A stretch of DNA of 33,011 nt from a virus (Duplodnaviria > Caudoviricetes), in IMG/VR virus record IMGVR_UViG_3300037439_000120, positions 1 to 33,011 of that record. One strand, written 5' to 3'. This document shows, piece by piece, positions 6,767 to 15,736 of this stretch (its first letter is position 1; the number at the start of each line of letters is the position of its first letter). The notes beneath the pieces were generated by a model. It made no database searches and was not told where the DNA came from. It saw nothing but the letters and a program-made list of their open reading frames with translations. Position numbers and translations under genes: made by a program.

Positions 6767-8839
6767 TGCGGTCGGGCGCGGCACCAACCCCTGAACCGCG
6801 CGAGCCGCCTGTCCGCCCTTGACGCCGCGAGAGATGGCATTGGCGGCACCTAGTGCAGCAGCGGTCTCGATATTTCCGGTGGCGGCGGCACCAATACCCA
6901 AGCGACTGAGTAACTGCTGCGCGCCTTTGACGAGATTGTTTGCGGTGTTCGAGTAATTAACGACACCTTCTTGCGGAATCTTCGCGCGCGCAAGGCGCAC
7001 GAATTCGGCAATGGCTTGACGTTCTGCTGGCGAGTAGATCGCCTCCATCTGCTCACGACCGCTACCGCGAAACCACCTCTCATAGGACGACACAACGAGA
7101 CGCGGACTGATACCCTCGCCTCTCAGCGCGGGACGAAAGACATATTCCAGCGTGCCTTGCTTGAGCGCCTGATGTGCCGGGCTGTCCTGGCCATTGATTT
7201 GCAGAATTCGCTGCGTCAACGCGCGATTCGTCACCGCCTTGCGAATGACTTCCTCGCCGGTGACGTTATCGGAGCGCAACCAATTGCGAACTTCACGGCC
7301 GGCGAACTGCTCGCCCTGACCGGCTTGTTTGTCAACGCCATAGAGTTGCTGGAACCGCTGAAAGAGCTGCCGGCCCGAACGCCACGCCTGTACTGCCGCG
7401 TCATCACCAGAGATTCGCCCCGAGTCGAGCGCGCCATTCACCATTTCATCGAACTGGTTGCGCAAGACATCCAATCCCATGCGGTCCGTAGCATCTGCGG
7501 ACTTCCACTGCGCGTTGATGATCTTGCGCAAGTTCTCTAGCTTCGCGAGCGGGATTTTCCGCGGCGCCTCGCGGCCGGCCTCCTCCATGAAGACAAGTCG
7601 ACTCCGTAAGTTGTCGATCATCTTTGCAGTCTGCGGGTACAGATTCGGGTCGTAGTCGACCGTGTCCTTCAACGTGGTCTCGGCTTGCGTCAGGAACTGC
7701 CTGTAGTTCCGGGCATCGAGCGATGCGCCGAGATCGCGCGCTGACCGGTACGCGCCTTGGTATGATTCCCTGGCCATGGTGGCGCGTTGCTGCGTGGCGC
7801 CGACAACGGACTGCCCGCTGGCGGCGACATCATCGGCGCTTCCGGTCAACTGCCTTTGCAGCAGGCCAAACCCGCTTTCCCCGCCCGCGCCTCGCAATCT
7901 GGCCGCCGATTCCTGCTCGGCTGTCCGCATGAGCGTTCCCGCCCGCGTGGTAATGTCCATGCGCCGCAGGTTTTCCTCGAGACTCTGCTGGGCGTAATCG
8001 TCCGTCACCTCGCCGCGCGTGAGAGGCACGCGGAAGCGCTGGGACAGTGCCTGGCGGTCGATAGCCGTCGGCAATTGCTCGTCGGGTAGGCCAGCTGCGG
8101 TGGCCCTGGTCGCGGCGGACTCCAGCTCCCTGGCAAGCTGCGGCGTCATCTGGTCTGGGTCCAGTCCAGCCTCTTGCGCAAGCCGCCTGCCGACCTGTGT
8201 CAGCGTGCCGTTTTGGACGGCCGCGGGTTGGCCGCGCAGGGCTTGCCACACCTGGGCGCCTCGCTGGGTCAGCCAGTTGACGGTTGGCGCGATCACCAAT
8301 TCACCAGCGGCTTGGCCGACAGAGCCGGCAATGCCCGTGGCAGCGGCTTTCTCGACGCTCACTCCCTGCTCCGACCCCTGCGGGATGGCGGCCACGTCCT
8401 CGGCAACGCTGGTCGCCGCCGCGCCGGCGCCGGCGAGCCCCATGCGGGTCAGTAGATTGGCACCGACCCCCGCAAGCCTCCCGGCAGGGATGTACTTGCC
8501 AACCTGCGCCAGCGAGTCCATGACACCGCCCATGGTGATCCCCGGCTTGTCGATGTAGCCAACCTCGCCCTTGTAGCTGACGATAGGGCGGCCGTTGTTC
8601 GGGTCGTTTTCAATGCGAGCGCCCGGCAGCACCTTGCGGATGATGTCGGCGCGCGCATCTGCGTTTGGTGTGGTGAGGTAGCCGAGCGCAAGACGCCACT
8701 GCTGGCCCTCCGTGGCCTTCTTTGCATCGAACTCGCCAAGCTTCGAGTAGTCGATTGGCGCTTCGGCAAAGCGGTTGACCACGGGCTCGCCCTGCGGTGT
8801 CGCCTCGGCCGCAAACCGATTGACGATTTGCTCGGGCAT
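6707..8839 (-). CDS. DNA ejection (internal virion) protein, P22 gp16 position
   Basis: 710 aa, Ala/Gln/Arg-rich and helical with glycine-zipper segments; third of three ejection-type genes after the tail hub genes. Confidence 0.7.
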   Translation of the reverse strand: MPEQIVNRFAAEATPQGEPVVNRFAEAPIDYSKLGEFDAKKATEGQQWRLALGYLTTPNADARADIIRKVLPGARIENDPNNGRPIVSYKGEVGYIDKPGITMGGVMDSLAQVGKYIPAGRLAGVGANLLTRMGLAGAGAAATSVAEDVAAIPQGSEQGVSVEKAAATGIAGSVGQAAGELVIAPTVNWLTQRGAQVWQALRGQPAAVQNGTLTQVGRRLAQEAGLDPDQMTPQLARELESAATRATAAGLPDEQLPTAIDRQALSQRFRVPLTRGEVTDDYAQQSLEENLRRMDITTRAGTLMRTAEQESAARLRGAGGESGFGLLQRQLTGSADDVAASGQSVVGATQQRATMARESYQGAYRSARDLGASLDARNYRQFLTQAETTLKDTVDYDPNLYPQTAKMIDNLRSRLVFMEEAGREAPRKIPLAKLENLRKIINAQWKSADATDRMGLDVLRNQFDEMVNGALDSGRISGDDAAVQAWRSGRQLFQRFQQLYGVDKQAGQGEQFAGREVRNWLRSDNVTGEEVIRKAVTNRALTQRILQINGQDSPAHQALKQGTLEYVFRPALRGEGISPRLVVSSYERWFRGSGREQMEAIYSPAERQAIAEFVRLARAKIPQEGVVNYSNTANNLVKGAQQLLSRLGIGAAATGNIETAAALGAANAISRGVKGGQAARAVQGLVPRPTALGASAIAAGVADEKAADDY

Positions 8840-10108
8840 TTACTTGCCACCGTACCGCTGGCGCCAATAGCCCATGATGTCCTCTTCACTCATGGTCGGA
8901 TTGTCCTCGCGCATTGCCTCGGAGAATTCGTTCCAGAAGACAAGGCGCTTGCTGTCCGGGTCTTTGGCGGCAAGTGGCGTCTTGTTCACGTAGTCGCGAA
9001 CGGTCTTTCTCCATCCATCGATACCACCGGTGTCCTGCCTGTGTCGCTCGGCTATCTCCGACAGCACGCTATTACGATCGTTGATCGCGAGCTTGTACTT
9101 AAGAATCAGTTCGTTCGACTCTTTGATGTTCTTCGTGTTACCAAATGTTTCCTGGATGACTTTTCGATCGCCGTCTGTTTGCGGCCCCTTCTGTTTGATC
9201 TGTTCGGCCAGTACGAGCGACTGTTGCATGGCCTTGTACTGACCGAGGTTCGCGACCTGCTCAACCTTCTGCGGAGAGATCGGAACGCCAAGGTCAGAAA
9301 AGAACGAATTCGCCGAGGCACGAAAGTCTTGTGTTGGCCCGGTGATTGCTGGATTGTCCATCATGGCGCGCAAGCTGGAATTCTGATCCTGTGACGCCTG
9401 ACCAAGCTCCTGAATGGCCGAGAATGCCTTGCCCTCGGCCTCACCAAATGCTTTCTCTGAGGCCGATTCGAATTTCTGCTGAGCGTTGACTTCCACCAGA
9501 GGCTTCTGTGGCCGCGGAGAAACCCCAGGAAGCACGCGCGTGCGACCCGATGTCTTATCCGCCTGAAAGAACACATCGCGTCCATCCTGCTGTCCGGCGG
9601 TCGGTGCGGTGTATTCGGGCAACATGCCGGCCTGCGAGCCGGCAATCGTCGCGACCCTATTTGCCAGCGAGAGAGCATCCTCGTCGGTCATTTCTTCAGG
9701 TGGCTTGCCGCTCTGCTCTGCCCACTTACTGGTAATGTCGGGGAGCAGGACGCGCATGTAATCGGCAGGCGCCTCTGAGTTGATGACGCCTTGAGCCTGG
9801 GCATAGGCTGTCTTGCTCTGCTCGACTTTCTGAGTACGCATGAACTCGTTTTGCTTCTGCTGGGACGCCTGCACCTGCATCGCTCGCTCTGGATCGGCCT
9901 GATACATCGCCGCGAGCGCATTCGTCCCGCCCTGCAAGTACGTGCCCAGCTGATTTCGGAACTCATCATCCCGCTGCATCTGCTGCTGGCTCTGCTGGAG
10001 TTGCATACCGCGCAGTTGATTCGTCTGCTGGTTCGATTGAATTTGCTGTGCGCCCTGATAGCCGGCCAGCATGTTTCCGGCAATCTGCACTGGGCGGATT
10101 TCAGCCAT
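8840..10108 (-). CDS. DNA ejection protein, P22 gp20 position
   Basis: 422 aa with a Gln-rich N-terminus and the motif KGPQTDGD; synteny. Confidence 0.7.
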   Translation of the reverse strand: MAEIRPVQIAGNMLAGYQGAQQIQSNQQTNQLRGMQLQQSQQQMQRDDEFRNQLGTYLQGGTNALAAMYQADPERAMQVQASQQKQNEFMRTQKVEQSKTAYAQAQGVINSEAPADYMRVLLPDITSKWAEQSGKPPEEMTDEDALSLANRVATIAGSQAGMLPEYTAPTAGQQDGRDVFFQADKTSGRTRVLPGVSPRPQKPLVEVNAQQKFESASEKAFGEAEGKAFSAIQELGQASQDQNSSLRAMMDNPAITGPTQDFRASANSFFSDLGVPISPQKVEQVANLGQYKAMQQSLVLAEQIKQKGPQTDGDRKVIQETFGNTKNIKESNELILKYKLAINDRNSVLSEIAERHRQDTGGIDGWRKTVRDYVNKTPLAAKDPDSKRLVFWNEFSEAMREDNPTMSEEDIMGYWRQRYGGK

Positions 10109-11079
10109 TAGCCGCCACCCGCAGTAACTGCTTGATTGTTCCAGTAGCCAGTTCCACCACCGCCGAAAAACCCGCCTCGGTACATCCCATAGAGCGACGC
10201 AAGGTCATTGGCGCCACCGGTGATAGCATTGGCTTGCCCAACGATTCCGGAAGCCCGAGCATTGCCCTGGCCGACGAGCAGATTCCCAACGTTGGCGCCG
10301 GTCGTCATCGCAGCGTTACCGGCCTGCGTGGTTGCGGTCTGCCCCATGCCGGCCAGTGCAAGCTGTCGGTTGACGTAATTGCCGAACTCACCGGCAGCGA
10401 GGCCGGAACCGTATTCAGTGATCCCGCGCAGCGCGTTGCCCGAGTACAGCCCGCCGCGAGCGGCGGCACTGTTTTGCACCATGTCCAGGCCCTCGCTCCT
10501 GCGAAACTGATAATCCGGGGACTTGTAGAACTCGGAATAGTCGGGGGCGAGCTGGTTGCCCGCGCCTCCGGCCTCACCACGTGCGGCGGCATTCTCGGCC
10601 ATCTGGCTTTGTTCCCACTGCTGCCATACGCCTCCGATATCAACACCGGCATCATTAAGAAATCTGCCATTGGCGCCGCCCGGGCGAAGTGTTCCGATGC
10701 GACCAAATCCCGGATAATGCACCTCATACCAACCACCGCCCTTATCGACAAAGGTTGTTCCCGGCGGCAGTTCTGTGTCACCGACCAGCATGGGCTCTTG
10801 AGATCGCATGCCGCCGCGAGTACCGCCGTACAGCGGGTATTCCTCGTTCGAATACCCAGGGGCCGGGTCATAGCCATAGATGCTGCCCAGCGCATTGAGC
10901 GCCTGATTGCCGATCTGGCGTTGGTTCGACGACAGATTGAGCATCGTGTCGAACTGGCGACGTTGTTCATCGATGGCGGCATCGCCCGCGCGACCTTGAG
11001 CGTCTGCTGCTTTACCGGCCTGCCTTGACGAATATACGGCGCCTCCTACTATTAGAGCTGCGCCCCAGATTTCAGCCAT
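10108..11079 (-). CDS. DNA ejection/pilot protein, P22 gp7-like
   Basis: MAEIWGAALIVGGAVYSS..A..AADAQ; SPDYQFR..EG...VQNSAAARGGLYSGNALR....YG..LA..E; GNARASG. These are hallmark gp7-like motifs. Confidence 0.85.
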   Translation of the reverse strand: MAEIWGAALIVGGAVYSSRQAGKAADAQGRAGDAAIDEQRRQFDTMLNLSSNQRQIGNQALNALGSIYGYDPAPGYSNEEYPLYGGTRGGMRSQEPMLVGDTELPPGTTFVDKGGGWYEVHYPGFGRIGTLRPGGANGRFLNDAGVDIGGVWQQWEQSQMAENAAARGEAGGAGNQLAPDYSEFYKSPDYQFRRSEGLDMVQNSAAARGGLYSGNALRGITEYGSGLAAGEFGNYVNRQLALAGMGQTATTQAGNAAMTTGANVGNLLVGQGNARASGIVGQANAITGGANDLASLYGMYRGGFFGGGGTGYWNNQAVTAGGG

Positions 11080-11680
11080 GACTTGCACCTGTCAGTTGCG
11101 TCACGAAGTGACAAACCCAAACCATTCGGCCAGCGTCAGCCGTGTCTGCAATTCCCCGCTTCGGGCTGCGCGCATGAAAGCGTGGGGCGTCGAAAATCAC
11201 TGCTCTGTTGAACTGCCCACGTACAAAATCGAGCTGCTCCCAATGCTCCTCTGAGCCACCCACCATTTCGTGCTTTAGTTTTTCGAACGACGCTCGGTCT
11301 TCCGACATCTCTGCGAACGATGGCATGTGAGTCATTCCGGTCTCGCGGTGTCGATAAAACCCGGTTCCGCTGCGCTCCTTATGATCGGATAGATAAACGA
11401 TGCAGGTAAAATCTCCGGATTCGCGGTCGCTGTGAACGTACGCAGCCTCTGTGTCCTCGTTCGTCACGCGAAAAAACATACTGTTCGGAAACACCGGTCG
11501 GCCAACACAGTACGAAAGCGCATGAAGCAGCAGCGAATGCTTCCCCCAGAAATTCATCCCTTCATACACCGACGAGCCGACCTCGCCAGTATTCGGCCTC
11601 CACGTTCCGAAGCCGCTAACAAGCGCGCTCACTCGAACCTCATCGATGTAGGGCGTAAAACTGTCCACGATGGTGATCAT
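11072..11680 (-). CDS. 2OG-Fe(II) oxygenase (DUF6445-like)
   Basis: HxD (YVHSD), IVYLS...SGTGFYRH, FNRAVIFDA..FH, distal R (GRMVWVCHF). Start at ATG 11680 (MITIVDSF). Confidence 0.8.
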   Translation of the reverse strand: MITIVDSFTPYIDEVRVSALVSGFGTWRPNTGEVGSSVYEGMNFWGKHSLLLHALSYCVGRPVFPNSMFFRVTNEDTEAAYVHSDRESGDFTCIVYLSDHKERSGTGFYRHRETGMTHMPSFAEMSEDRASFEKLKHEMVGGSEEHWEQLDFVRGQFNRAVIFDAPRFHARSPKRGIADTADAGRMVWVCHFVTQLTGASHG

Positions 11681-11681
11681 G

Positions 11682-12110
11682 TCAATCGATTGAGTATGCA
11701 ACCGTGCAGTACTGGATTCCCTTCGTCCCCGCTGCGGTGAATCCACCACCTGCCGCGCCGGTGAGGATGCTCATCGTGTCCGTGTGATTGATGGCCACGA
11801 GGCCGAAGGCAGTCACGCTATTGTCTGTAATTCTCGCGGGCACATACTGAGTCAACCCGGTGTTGGGCGGCCTGATCTCTTCGGGCAATCCCACCAGCGC
11901 CCCGCCCGTTGCATTTGATATCCCCGTAATGGCCGGGATTTGCAGTACCACAATCCCCGCCGAGGTGGTGTATTTAACCGTCCCTGTTGGCGTGGTCGTA
12001 CATTGAGTGAGCGATGCCGTGAACGTGCGCGAGAAAAACAGTCCGGATAGAAAGCGCGTCCACTCTCTGATGTCTGTCGGAACGGCCGGTAATATTCTGC
12101 GGACGCTCAT
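11682..12110 (-). CDS. tail needle/knob-like protein (P22 gp26 position)
   Basis: 142 aa directly after the gp10-like gene; Thr/Gly-rich beta domain with a GLP..IRP motif. Confidence 0.6.
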   Translation of the reverse strand: MSVRRILPAVPTDIREWTRFLSGLFFSRTFTASLTQCTTTPTGTVKYTTSAGIVVLQIPAITGISNATGGALVGLPEEIRPPNTGLTQYVPARITDNSVTAFGLVAINHTDTMSILTGAAGGGFTAAGTKGIQYCTVAYSID

Positions 12111-13513
12111 GCGCGCCTCGTGAACGGTCGAGCCCCACGCGCTTCTAGCTGCGTATCAATCAGCGTCGCCTTGACGGGATCGGAGATGGCGCCTCGGTAG
12201 ACTCGATCGAACGATGATCCAAGCTGCGTCCACAAGACGCGCTGCTGATGCTCGCCGACTTTGCCAATCTTCTTGTTCGGCAACGCCTGCCACGTCCGGC
12301 CGCCATCATCCGATACGTCCATCATCATCTCGGGGTCCGAGCCCTGGCCAGTCGTCAAGCCGACGCCGGTTTCCATGACGACCTCGAGACGATCATGGAA
12401 GGCTCGGTTGGCATCCGCATACACGGGCTGGTAGGTCCATTCCATCCTCTGTGTTGTGCCCCAGTCATCGTAGGTTGTTGGAGATAGGTAGCCGATGCGG
12501 TTACTGGAAACATCGCCCACCAGTTCGAGGCCGAAGGCTTGCGCGTGGCTCCAGGGCAGCCAATAGTCATAGCCATACGTCTCGCGCTCGTGCCACTCCT
12601 TGGTTGTCGCGTCATAGACAAACGTGCCCTCCGGGAAGGTCATCACATAGAACAGGTGACCTTCCTGCGAATACGAGTAGGCTTGTCCTGAACCGATCGT
12701 GACCGAACCCAGCGCCTGCTCGATGCCGGTCTGGCTGATGCGCACCGGCGTGATGCCGTCGAGTCGGCGGACGGTGTAGTCCTGCGCCAGCCAGAACACT
12801 GAGTTGTCCTGTTTTGCCGCCGTCCTGCCGTTAAAACAGCCCTGCTCGACAAATCCGTTCGCAGCCCTGGCAAAGGGAAAGCCGGCGCCGCCAATCAATT
12901 CCCAAATCTCCGTGGTCGTCTCGCCGAAGAGAATGACCTGCCGGTGATCAACCTTCATGCCGACGAGATTGTCCGGTGAGCCTTCAGCGGTGGCGAAGTT
13001 CAGCGAGCCGAAGGATGTCGCCGAGCCGACATCGGAGCCGAAGAACCGACCCGAGTTCGGCTCAATGAACAGCAGGTAATTGTCGAGAAACTCCACACTC
13101 GACGCGCCGCGCGAGGTGAAGTCCGTATCCGTGATCTGCGCAAAAGTCGCTGTCGTCGTATCGTAGTAATAAGCGTCAGGCTCGTTAACGACGACGACGG
13201 TGTCAATGTTGTTGTCGATATCGATGGTGCTAGCGGCGCCGATGTTTCCAATCAGTGTTGCCGTCTTGTTTGAATCAACGCGGTATAGTTCGCTACCGGA
13301 AACCACCCAGATATACCCAAGCGCTTTGTGAATCGCGTGGATCGGTCCAGCGCCTACGGTCGACCACGCGGCGACGCCGAAGCATCGCGTGAGTGCGTAA
13401 GGAGCCTTGGCGCCAACGGGAAGCTTTTCCGGGAAACAATTGACCAGCCGCGACGGACTGGCTGGCCTCGATCTCAGTTGATATGAATGAAGAGGCAACG
13501 GCAGGGAAGCCAT
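12107..13513 (-). CDS. tail hub / packaged DNA stabilization protein, P22 gp10-like
   Basis: 468 aa with FATAEGSPD, FGETTTEIW, SQEGHLFYVMTFP..TFVYD.TT.EWHER, ETGVG....GSDP.MM.DVSDDGG.TW and W.QLGSS.DR motifs. Confidence 0.9.
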   Translation of the reverse strand: MASLPLPLHSYQLRSRPASPSRLVNCFPEKLPVGAKAPYALTRCFGVAAWSTVGAGPIHAIHKALGYIWVVSGSELYRVDSNKTATLIGNIGAASTIDIDNNIDTVVVVNEPDAYYYDTTTATFAQITDTDFTSRGASSVEFLDNYLLFIEPNSGRFFGSDVGSATSFGSLNFATAEGSPDNLVGMKVDHRQVILFGETTTEIWELIGGAGFPFARAANGFVEQGCFNGRTAAKQDNSVFWLAQDYTVRRLDGITPVRISQTGIEQALGSVTIGSGQAYSYSQEGHLFYVMTFPEGTFVYDATTKEWHERETYGYDYWLPWSHAQAFGLELVGDVSSNRIGYLSPTTYDDWGTTQRMEWTYQPVYADANRAFHDRLEVVMETGVGLTTGQGSDPEMMMDVSDDGGRTWQALPNKKIGKVGEHQQRVLWTQLGSSFDRVYRGAISDPVKATLIDTQLEARGARPFTRRA

Positions 13514-13515
13514 CG

Positions 13516-13929
13516 TTAGCCCGTGTTAATGTTGAATTCGCCCGGCCACTCCGCAGAGCGCGGCAGGTCCATGTCCATGATCACTTCCTTGGCCGTGATC
13601 TTGTCGATGGTCGCCAACCCCATCATCGCAAGCGTGGCAATCTCCACCGGGACGGTCGCGCCAAACGACGGCGCCATATGGATGGCCAAGTTATTCACGA
13701 TGCCAAGGATCGCCGCGTCGGGAACGGTCAGCACATCGGTGACGGTACCCACTGGGATATAGCCGAGGCTTTTTCCCTCAGCCTCCCACAGCGCCATCAT
13801 CTGATTGAGGCGGCGGATGGCCTGGGCTTGCTGGGCGGCACTTGGAGTCTCGCCATCCCTCAGAACATTTATTGCCAAAAGTGCGTCTGCGATGACCTGC
13901 GACGCGGCCTGTGAAGTGGGCGTGGCCAT
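13516..13929 (-). CDS. head-tail adaptor, P22 gp4-like
   Basis: 137 aa: I.DAL..I.V...GETPS.......A..RLNQMM..W...G..LGY...NLA...APSFG; upstream of gp10. Confidence 0.85.
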   Translation of the reverse strand: MATPTSQAASQVIADALLAINVLRDGETPSAAQQAQAIRRLNQMMALWEAEGKSLGYIPVGTVTDVLTVPDAAILGIVNNLAIHMAPSFGATVPVEIATLAMMGLATIDKITAKEVIMDMDLPRSAEWPGEFNINTG

Positions 13930-15206
13930 TAAGCCGCCTGCGCCCAGGCATTGGCTCGGGTGAGCATCGCAGCCCTGCCGAGAATAGTGACTGTCATTTC
14001 ATTGGCCTGCGCCCACTGATGGACTTGCTTGGCGAAGTTGTTATCCGACTTGATGTCATCGACGACAACCACGACACAGCGTGGCGCGATTTTCTCGAAG
14101 AACTGCATACGCGTTCCGTACATGCGCGGCGGACCGTCGCAGAAACCGAGCGCGAATTTCTTCGGCAGATCGAATTGGTCGACGTCGTACCAGAAGTCCT
14201 TCAGCGGCGCGTAGCAGATGCCAACGTTGGTGACCCCAGCTTCCTCGCACCACGCTATCGTTTGAGACGCGTACTGCTTGCTGTGCTCCAGTGAATACAC
14301 TTTCTGGTCAGGCGCGACTGCGGCCATAAAAACGCTAGACAGCCCTGATCCTGCCTCAATGATTGGGCCCCGGCACTTGCGAGCCACTCCGGTCACCACG
14401 GCAAGTACTCCGGGATCGGCGGAAAAATTGTTGTTGCCGTACTTGAATGCCTCGTTATAGTCGGCGTCGGTTTCCACGCCGGCACGAACTCTCGGGATTA
14501 CATGAGCCAACGTGGCGCCGGCCACCCGACGAAGATGCGACCCCAAACTGTCGCGAATGATGATCGTCGTGGTATGACCTAGCCTCAACTCCGCGTCAGC
14601 AAAGATTCGGCCGCCCATCGCTCGCCAGCGATTGCAGAAGTCGATGTCACCGCCCCAGCGGGTTTTGTCAGCGCCCGGTGTGGGACGATCGAACACCAGC
14701 GCGGTTTCGTAAATCTTGTCGTAGAACTTCGGCGCAGCTGCAGCCATAAGCTCAAGCACATGCCGCTTTATCTTCATGAATCCCGTTGGAAGTCCGCAAA
14801 CCTCCAACAATCCATCCTCTGCGATGGAGGCGCCGGCCATCATCCGGACCGGCATGCTCTCAACGCCCTCGCGTCGATATGGGTACACGCCGCCGACTAC
14901 ATCGAGATCATGCTGGCACAGACGCACTAAGCCTTGCGTCTCCCAATCGACGTCTGCGTCCAGAAACACCAAGTCGGTGCAGTCGGATTCTAGGAAATCC
15001 CTGACGATAGAATTTCGTCCGTCGTCCACATGGCAATTACCATGTAGGATCAGATACGCAGACTGTATTCCTGCTGCAGAAAGCGCCGCCCTGCTTTTCG
15101 CGATCGCGAATGTGTAGGCGGCTGAAGTGGTAGCGTAAGCGGGCGTTGCGAGCAGAACCTTTTTCCCTGTCGCCGGCTCGCCTTCATCGTAGAAGTGAAT
15201 GCTCAA
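13929..15206 (-). CDS. glycosyltransferase (GT-A/GT2-like) fused to class I SAM-dependent methyltransferase
   Basis: N-half: ATPAY, GRN.IV..FL, FLDADV (DxD), VVGGVYP, TGFMKI.R.V, D..FC.RW..MGG.I.AD....LGH. C-half: IIEAGSGLSS (motif I), SLEH, FCDGPP, VVDD. Confidence 0.85.
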   Translation of the reverse strand: MSIHFYDEGEPATGKKVLLATPAYATTSAAYTFAIAKSRAALSAAGIQSAYLILHGNCHVDDGRNSIVRDFLESDCTDLVFLDADVDWETQGLVRLCQHDLDVVGGVYPYRREGVESMPVRMMAGASIAEDGLLEVCGLPTGFMKIKRHVLELMAAAAPKFYDKIYETALVFDRPTPGADKTRWGGDIDFCNRWRAMGGRIFADAELRLGHTTTIIIRDSLGSHLRRVAGATLAHVIPRVRAGVETDADYNEAFKYGNNNFSADPGVLAVVTGVARKCRGPIIEAGSGLSSVFMAAVAPDQKVYSLEHSKQYASQTIAWCEEAGVTNVGICYAPLKDFWYDVDQFDLPKKFALGFCDGPPRMYGTRMQFFEKIAPRCVVVVVDDIKSDNNFAKQVHQWAQANEMTVTILGRAAMLTRANAWAQAA

Positions 15207-15236
15207 AAAGAAAACGGCGCCAGTTTCCCGGCGCCG
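15205..15236 (-). terminator. rho-independent terminator after the capsid/decoration genes
   Basis: On minus: CGGCGCCGG-GAAA-CTGGCGCCG followed by TTTTCTTTTT. Confidence 0.85.
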
Positions 15237-15240
15237 CCCT

Positions 15241-15468
15241 TCAGGTGGTAGTAATCAAGCCCAAATCAACCAGGGCCGCCATCAGGCGATTCACCTTGGT
15301 CTCATTGAGCGTAGTTGTCGCCGTGGTGGTGTTGGGCCACGTGACGCTCGGCTGGGCGATGGCCGCTACGCCATAGAACCCCGCCGTACCGCCAGCGCGA
15401 TGCTGGAGTACGTCAGCTTTCACATGGGAGGTGGCGACGCCGAATGTCTCTTCTGTCGGCATGGTCAT
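15241..15468 (-). CDS. small capsid decoration/head-fibre-like protein, paralog B
   Basis: 75 aa: GFYG..IAQPSVTWPNTTTATTTLNETKVNRLMAALVDLGLI; AGGAG RBS; paralog of 15475..15681. Confidence 0.75.
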   Translation of the reverse strand: MTMPTEETFGVATSHVKADVLQHRAGGTAGFYGVAAIAQPSVTWPNTTTATTTLNETKVNRLMAALVDLGLITTT

Positions 15469-15474
15469 GACTCC

Positions 15475-15681
15475 TTACGTAGTAACGATGAGACCCAGAT
15501 TCACCAAGGCCGTCATGATGCGATCCACCTTGGTTTCGTTGAGCGTGGTCGTTGCGGTTGTGGTTGCCGGCCAAGTCACGCTCGGTTGAGCGATCGGCGT
15601 CGCAAGCCCATAGAATCCAAGTTTGGTGGCCGGCATCTGAACGCCATCAGGATTGCCGTCCCCGAGCTGATTGATAGCCAT
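15475..15681 (-). CDS. small capsid decoration/head-fibre-like protein, paralog A
   Basis: 68 aa directly after the coat gene: GFYG...IAQPSVTWPATTTATTTLNETKVDRIMTALVNLGLI; AGGAG RBS. Confidence 0.75.
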   Translation of the reverse strand: MAINQLGDGNPDGVQMPATKLGFYGLATPIAQPSVTWPATTTATTTLNETKVDRIMTALVNLGLIVTT

Positions 15682-15736
15682 AATCGAAATCTCCTACAAG
15701 AAAGCGCCGTCACGAGACCGGCGCGATGTTGATGAC

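Noticed and set aside
10048-11028. 326-aa + strand ORF
   Set aside because: Antisense shadow of the gp7-like ejection gene.
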